A DNA stretch of 64,000 nucleotides, from the sequence record PP445229.1. One strand, written 5' to 3'. The notes below the pieces were generated by a model that saw only the letters and a list, made by a program, of their open reading frames with translations, made no database searches and was not told the origin of the DNA. Origin of the DNA: Escherichia phage EC.W2-6. The translations under genes and the position numbers were made by a program. This document shows, one piece after another, positions 60,220 through 64,000 of this stretch. How positions within the stretch are numbered: the stretch's first letter is position 1; every line of letters begins with the position of its first letter.

Positions 60220-60456
60220 GTGAAAGTTAATATTAAATCCGATCGTACAATGCTTCGCTTAAACAACATGAAGCCGGGCGTTCTATTTGAGCGTAAAGAA
60301 TCCCTTTACATTAGAACCGACACATTGTACGCAGACAATTATGTCAACTGTGTTGATGTGGTAACTGGAAAGCTCATTCCTTTTAAACGGGATGAAGTCT
60401 GCCAAGTACGCAGCGATCTCCACATAACTAACATAGAGGCTAAAGATGAAGATTGA
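60220..60456 (+). CDS. small protein, paralog family member 2 (divergent)
   Basis: MKPGVLFERKESLYIRTDTLYADNYVNCVDVVTGKL. Confidence 0.45.
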   Translation: MKVNIKSDRTMLRLNNMKPGVLFERKESLYIRTDTLYADNYVNCVDVVTGKLIPFKRDEVCQVRSDLHITNIEAKDED

Positions 60457-60703
60457 TTTGAAGGTAAATGAACCATCTTTGTGTGTTGGTGATCTCAAAC
60501 TTGGAGATGTATTCCAAATCAGGGAAACACGAGCAGATTTCTACATGGTTGTTCAGCTATTTACCTCACAGATTGAAGAGACCAAGCCTTCTGATGGGGG
60601 TTGTGTCGTCCTTAGTCTGACAAATAAGCAAGTCCTTAAGCTTAGCTCGAAAAGCAAGGTTGTTCTTCTTCATGATGTTGTTATTACTAACAAGGGCAAG
60701 TAG
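60446..60703 (+). CDS. small protein, paralog family member 3
   Basis: LCVGDLKLGDVFQI. Confidence 0.45.
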   Translation: MKIDLKVNEPSLCVGDLKLGDVFQIRETRADFYMVVQLFTSQIEETKPSDGGCVVLSLTNKQVLKLSSKSKVVLLHDVVITNKGK

Positions 60704-60922
60704 ATGGAAATTAAAGTAGTTGATTATCCTAAATATGCAAATGCAGAAGATGTTAAAGGTGGTGATGTTTTCTCTTACGACAGACGTTTCTGGCTGATGT
60801 TAGAAGATAAAACTCCCGATGGTTTATGTAAGGCCGCCAATCTGAACAGCGGTTCTGTTGAAGTCTTCGGTCTATCAACCACTGTTATGCCACGCCCTGA
60901 TCTGTGTTTATCCCAAAAGTAA
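60704..60922 (+). CDS. small protein, paralog family member 4
   Basis: GGDVFSYDRRFWLMLEDKTPDGLCKAANLNSGSVEVFG. Confidence 0.45.
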   Translation: MEIKVVDYPKYANAEDVKGGDVFSYDRRFWLMLEDKTPDGLCKAANLNSGSVEVFGLSTTVMPRPDLCLSQK

Positions 60923-61280
60923 CATCGACTTATAGCCCTTGTGTTTATCAGAGGGCTATGTGAGGGTGTTCCTCATTAACTTATTAATTCAGGCATATGC
61001 CACACCGCTAGGGAGAGCTTGCTCGAACATCCGGTGTTAGACTAAAACCTGTTCAATTTCGGTAGACTTTCCACTACGTAGGGGTACGTATTGGTTTGGG
61101 ATTCAGGAGATCTCCTAGGGGTAGGAGGTCTTCACCAGTTGGGATAAGAGATAGCTCTAGAACCTGAACTCTTAGGCAGAGAGGGTCGGCAATGAGTACG
61201 AGGTCAGAATTAGCCTCCTGACTAGGGCTATCCCTTATATCAACTGGCAATAATGCCTCCACTAATAAAGAGAGAACGTT

Positions 61281-61421
61281 ATGAAGAAGTCAACCAAGAG
61301 TATGAACCGTCCTGAGCGTATGGATGCAGTAGCAAATGGTGCACTGAAGATCGAGTCTGCCATGCTGCGTCTGATGGGTAACATCCGTAAGCGTCAAGGT
61401 GGTTGGGTTTACAATAACTGA
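61281..61421 (+). CDS. small basic protein (46 aa)
   Basis: ORF with strongly biased codons after a 350-nt structured non-coding stretch; terminator-like hairpin follows. Confidence 0.3.
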   Translation: MKKSTKSMNRPERMDAVANGALKIESAMLRLMGNIRKRQGGWVYNN

Positions 61422-61634
61422 TTTAATAAAAGGCTGCCTAGAAATAGGTGGCCTTTGTTGTTTTAATTAAGGGTCAACTCTTACTTAAACTAACAACGGG
61501 TGTATGGTATTGACAGGCATCGGCACGGAACTTGTTACCAACAAGGTTGGCGAATCAAGACCTCTGTGAAGCTCCGAAGAAATCAAGGCAGGTTCGACTC
61601 CTGCTCCCCGACCAAATCAGCAAGAGGTGCTTAT

Positions 61635-61988
61635 ATGAGAAGCATGGTTAAAGATTGGGTAACTAAATCAGGTCTTCGTGCTGTGATTATGCACATGAAC
61701 GACTCCCACTTTTGTGGATATGTAGAGCTACCAGACAGCTTAAAACATAAAAACTTCACCGGATATAACGGGAATGAAGAAGTTTGTTATGTAAGTGTTC
61801 ATGGTGGTGTCACATGGCAAGATACCCTTGAAGAGATGGATGGTTTAGATACAATCGGATTTGATTGTGCCCATGCAGGTGATAAGACACGGTTCAACCC
61901 TAACGGGGTTCCAAGAACAGAAACGTTCTGCATCAACGAATGCGAACAAATGGCTGAACAACTAAGAGATCTCGAATCAAATGTCTAA
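61635..61988 (+). CDS. hypothetical protein
   Basis: Internal ATG with GAGGTG RBS preferred over listed 61500 start. Confidence 0.4.
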   Translation: MRSMVKDWVTKSGLRAVIMHMNDSHFCGYVELPDSLKHKNFTGYNGNEEVCYVSVHGGVTWQDTLEEMDGLDTIGFDCAHAGDKTRFNPNGVPRTETFCINECEQMAEQLRDLESNV

Positions 61989-62157
61989 GCAAACAATCAA
62001 ACATACGCAAGCTGGTTACTCTTATATCAACTCTCCTTGTTGTGGTGCTCGTGTGAATCTGGTTAAGGAAGAGGTTCGTATCGTTCAGCGTGGCGCTACT
62101 GTTGTTCGTTCATGCTGTGTCTGTGGTAATGACATTTTTATCAAAGGTAAAGTATGA
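61981..62157 (+). CDS. small zinc-ribbon protein
   Basis: 58 aa, CCGAR...CCVCG; overlaps both neighbours. Confidence 0.3.
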   Translation: MSKQTIKHTQAGYSYINSPCCGARVNLVKEEVRIVQRGATVVRSCCVCGNDIFIKGKV

Positions 62158-62405
62158 AAAACTTCCAAGCTGCACCAATAACTAAAGTGATCGAAGTTGA
62201 CGGTGTAATGATGACTGTTCCTCTGAACACTCGTTACATTGCAATTGACAAGATGGGCTATGTATGGGCTTGGAAGATCAAGCCTAGTTATAACGCACTG
62301 TTTGATGAGTTTGTTTGTACTGGTACTTACAGTCCTACATTCTTGGGTTTATTTGGAGAGTTTGATGGTAAGCATAAAATCATCACTCTCCCTGCTTGTG
62401 CTTGA
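62154..62405 (+). CDS. hypothetical protein
   Basis: ORF, ATGA overlap. Confidence 0.4.
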   Translation: MKNFQAAPITKVIEVDGVMMTVPLNTRYIAIDKMGYVWAWKIKPSYNALFDEFVCTGTYSPTFLGLFGEFDGKHKIITLPACA

Positions 62406-62412
62406 GGTTATT

Positions 62413-62577
62413 ATGTTCAAGTGGTTTAAACGTTTCTTCCATCTCCATGATTGGGAGACAATAAAAGAAATTCGTTTACACATATATAATGAGATTGGTC
62501 AAATAGAAGACACAGGTACTCGTTATATACTTCGATGTAAAACATGTGGTCATATCACCAAGCGAGATATGATCTAA
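62413..62577 (+). CDS. small zinc-binding-like protein
   Basis: 54 aa with GAGGT RBS; C-terminal CKTCGH. Confidence 0.35.
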   Translation: MFKWFKRFFHLHDWETIKEIRLHIYNEIGQIEDTGTRYILRCKTCGHITKRDMI

Positions 62578-62585
62578 ATAATTCT

Positions 62586-62661
62586 GCGCTCTTAGCTCAA
62601 TGGATAGAGCAGTAGCCTTCTAAGCTATTGGTTACAGGTTCGAGTCCTGTAGGGCGCACCA
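62586..62661 (+). tRNA. tRNA-Arg (anticodon UCU), CCA encoded
   Basis: Cloverleaf by hand: 7-bp acceptor GCGCTCT/AGGGCGC, D-arm GCTC/GAGC, anticodon stem GTAGC/GCTAT with loop CTTCTAA, T-arm ACAGG-TTCGAGT-CCTGT, then ACCA. Confidence 0.85.
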
Positions 62662-62801
62662 CATTTAGGGCTAGTATGGGTGCGGCACCAGAGTTAGTGT
62701 ATCCCTGTTGAGGCAAGTGCTTTTATAACAGTGGGAATTACTTTCTTAGTGAGCTTCTGGTTCGATTCCAGATAGTCCACCAAATCTAATAGGAGGTAAT
62801 T

Positions 62802-63101
62802 ATGAGTTGGGGTGGTGTAATATCCTTAATCTGTATCTTCCTTGTCTGTATAGCCCTTACAGGCTGCGTACAGAGTCGTCCTGATGGATGGTGTGCAGTA
62901 GCAGTGGAAGGTGTTTGTGTTTCTCGCTGGCATAAAGGTAAGAAGGTTCCTTCTGGTGAAATTGATATGCGCTGGAACGGAGCAACCTGCTCTAATGCTA
63001 ACCCTTCTATCAACGAAGAGAAATCTACACCGGATAATGTTGTGATTGATACAGCGTTGTGGTGTGGTGGCTCTGTAACAACAACCGGTAAGGAGTGGTA
63101 A
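62802..63101 (+). CDS. lipoprotein (Cys-rich)
   Basis: Signal peptide with lipobox IALTGC; TAGGAGGT RBS. Confidence 0.5.
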   Translation: MSWGGVISLICIFLVCIALTGCVQSRPDGWCAVAVEGVCVSRWHKGKKVPSGEIDMRWNGATCSNANPSINEEKSTPDNVVIDTALWCGGSVTTTGKEW

Positions 63102-63102
63102 T

Positions 63103-63351
63103 ATGACAGCTCATTATTGGAATACAAAGAAGCTTCTTGAGGAGATGGCTGGGGGTAGTAGAGTACAGCTAATCTCTATGCTTCGAATGGATGCTCGCTC
63201 TTTACGCTTTCAAGTGAAGATTGGTAACTTCAGCGATGGTCTTTATTATACCTTGAAGGAAAGAATTAAGAAAACTCACTTCATCATGTACGGAATCAAA
63301 CCGAGAACGTACGTTAACTACATGTATTGGGATACATGCTACGATAGTTGA
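63103..63351 (+). CDS. hypothetical protein
   Basis: ORF abutting previous stop. Confidence 0.4.
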   Translation: MTAHYWNTKKLLEEMAGGSRVQLISMLRMDARSLRFQVKIGNFSDGLYYTLKERIKKTHFIMYGIKPRTYVNYMYWDTCYDS

Positions 63352-63358
63352 GGCTATT

Positions 63359-63580
63359 ATGAAATTAGATTCTAAACAATCACTTAAAACTGTTGAACTA
63401 TCCACCCTTCCAAATGGAAGTATTTTTGGTCATGATAAACACTTCTGGATTAAAACAGACTACTTGAACGATGGGTATATCACCTGTGTCAATCTTTGGA
63501 ATGGCTCAGTGGATGGCTACCGCCCTAGTGCAAAAGTAGTCCCTCAGCCTGATGCAAAAGCTATAGGTTTGGTCTACTAA
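63359..63580 (+). CDS. small protein, paralog family member 5
   Basis: HDKHFWIKTDYLNDGYITCVNLWNGSVDGY parallels 60704..60922. Confidence 0.45.
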   Translation: MKLDSKQSLKTVELSTLPNGSIFGHDKHFWIKTDYLNDGYITCVNLWNGSVDGYRPSAKVVPQPDAKAIGLVY

Positions 63581-63589
63581 GGAGTTCAT

Positions 63590-63763
63590 ATGAGCTGTTA
63601 TGGTGGAGGTGAAGTTTATGATGACGATGATATGGAATCTAATGGGGAATGCCCTGATTGCGGGTGTGAGACGTTTGATGGTGTATCAGTATATCCTGCC
63701 TGTAGTTACTCACCAGTGATCTGTAAAACATGTGGTGATCAGCCATGTGACCAATCTTGTTAA
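63590..63763 (+). CDS. small Cys-rich acidic protein
   Basis: 57 aa with four CxxC-like pairs; AAGGAG RBS. Confidence 0.3.
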   Translation: MSCYGGGEVYDDDDMESNGECPDCGCETFDGVSVYPACSYSPVICKTCGDQPCDQSC

Positions 63764-63772
63764 GAGGTTAAT

Positions 63773-64000
63773 ATGGACGGAGAAATGGTTTCATATATAG
63801 CCATGACCTACTTGGTAGGTTGGTGGGTTGCAGTGTTGGTGGTGAAGTGGTGCTTCAAGAGAGGGAAGTTTAAAACTTTCCTACATACTCCTTGGGGGAA
63901 CCCTGACGAAACTGCAATGTGGGTTGTGATCTTCTTCTGGCCTGTTATCTTATTATTCTTTATCATCTTCCCAATCCTACTACTATTTGACACTGTATTA
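63773..64000 (+). CDS. membrane protein, 3'-truncated at window edge
   Basis: GAGGT RBS; two hydrophobic helices; open to window end. Confidence 0.4.
   Translation, partial: MDGEMVSYIAMTYLVGWWVAVLVVKWCFKRGKFKTFLHTPWGNPDETAMWVVIFFWPVILLFFIIFPILLLFDTVL

Noticed and set aside
62239-62577. 112-aa ORF overlapping 62154..62405
   Set aside because: It overlaps the neighbour in a different frame over most of its length; the in-frame ATG at 62413 with a GAGGT RBS gives a tidy non-overlapping 54-aa gene.
62586-62661. tRNA gene as a marker of a prophage integration boundary
   Set aside because: No integrase, excisionase or repressor genes are nearby, and the genome otherwise looks strictly lytic.

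Overview
The window reads as most of a lytic tailed-phage genome (podovirus-like: no tail tube, sheath or obvious tape-measure gene), apparently rotated so that the physical genome ends probably fall near 51.7-52.9 kb. Three blocks are visible. (1) 0-22 kb, + strand: replication and nucleotide metabolism with a T7-like replisome (gp4-like primase-helicase, gp5-like DNA polymerase whose 3'-5' exonuclease domain is a separate gene about 9 kb away, gp2.5-like SSB, FEN-type exonuclease), plus dCTP deaminase, ThyX-like thymidylate synthase, thioredoxin, PhoH, dNMP kinase, a CCA-adding-type nucleotidyltransferase, a Dps/ferritin-like protein, two HNH endonucleases, a candidate spanin pair, a TARG1/OARD1-like macrodomain and an ECF-like sigma factor. 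(2) 22-51.7 kb, - strand: late operon with small and large terminase, portal, scaffold, major capsid, Ig-like proteins, two tail fibres (one with a C-terminal S74 intramolecular-chaperone domain), GH24 lysozyme, an SLT lytic transglycosylase and large internal virion proteins. (3) 52.9-64 kb, + strand: early region driven by several near-consensus sigma70 promoters, with a 1.7 kb ORF-poor leader, many small unknown genes including a tandem paralog family, a lipoprotein, a SleB/CwlJ-like hydrolase and a tRNA-Arg(UCU). The sigma70-type promoters and lipoboxes suggest a gammaproteobacterial host, and the layout is reminiscent of phiEco32-like phages; that family assignment is from memory and unverified. 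No single obviously novel system could be proven from sequence alone; the strongest candidates are the macrodomain, the early promoter/leader array and the small-gene paralog islands. All calls rest on motif reading by eye, with no database searches run.
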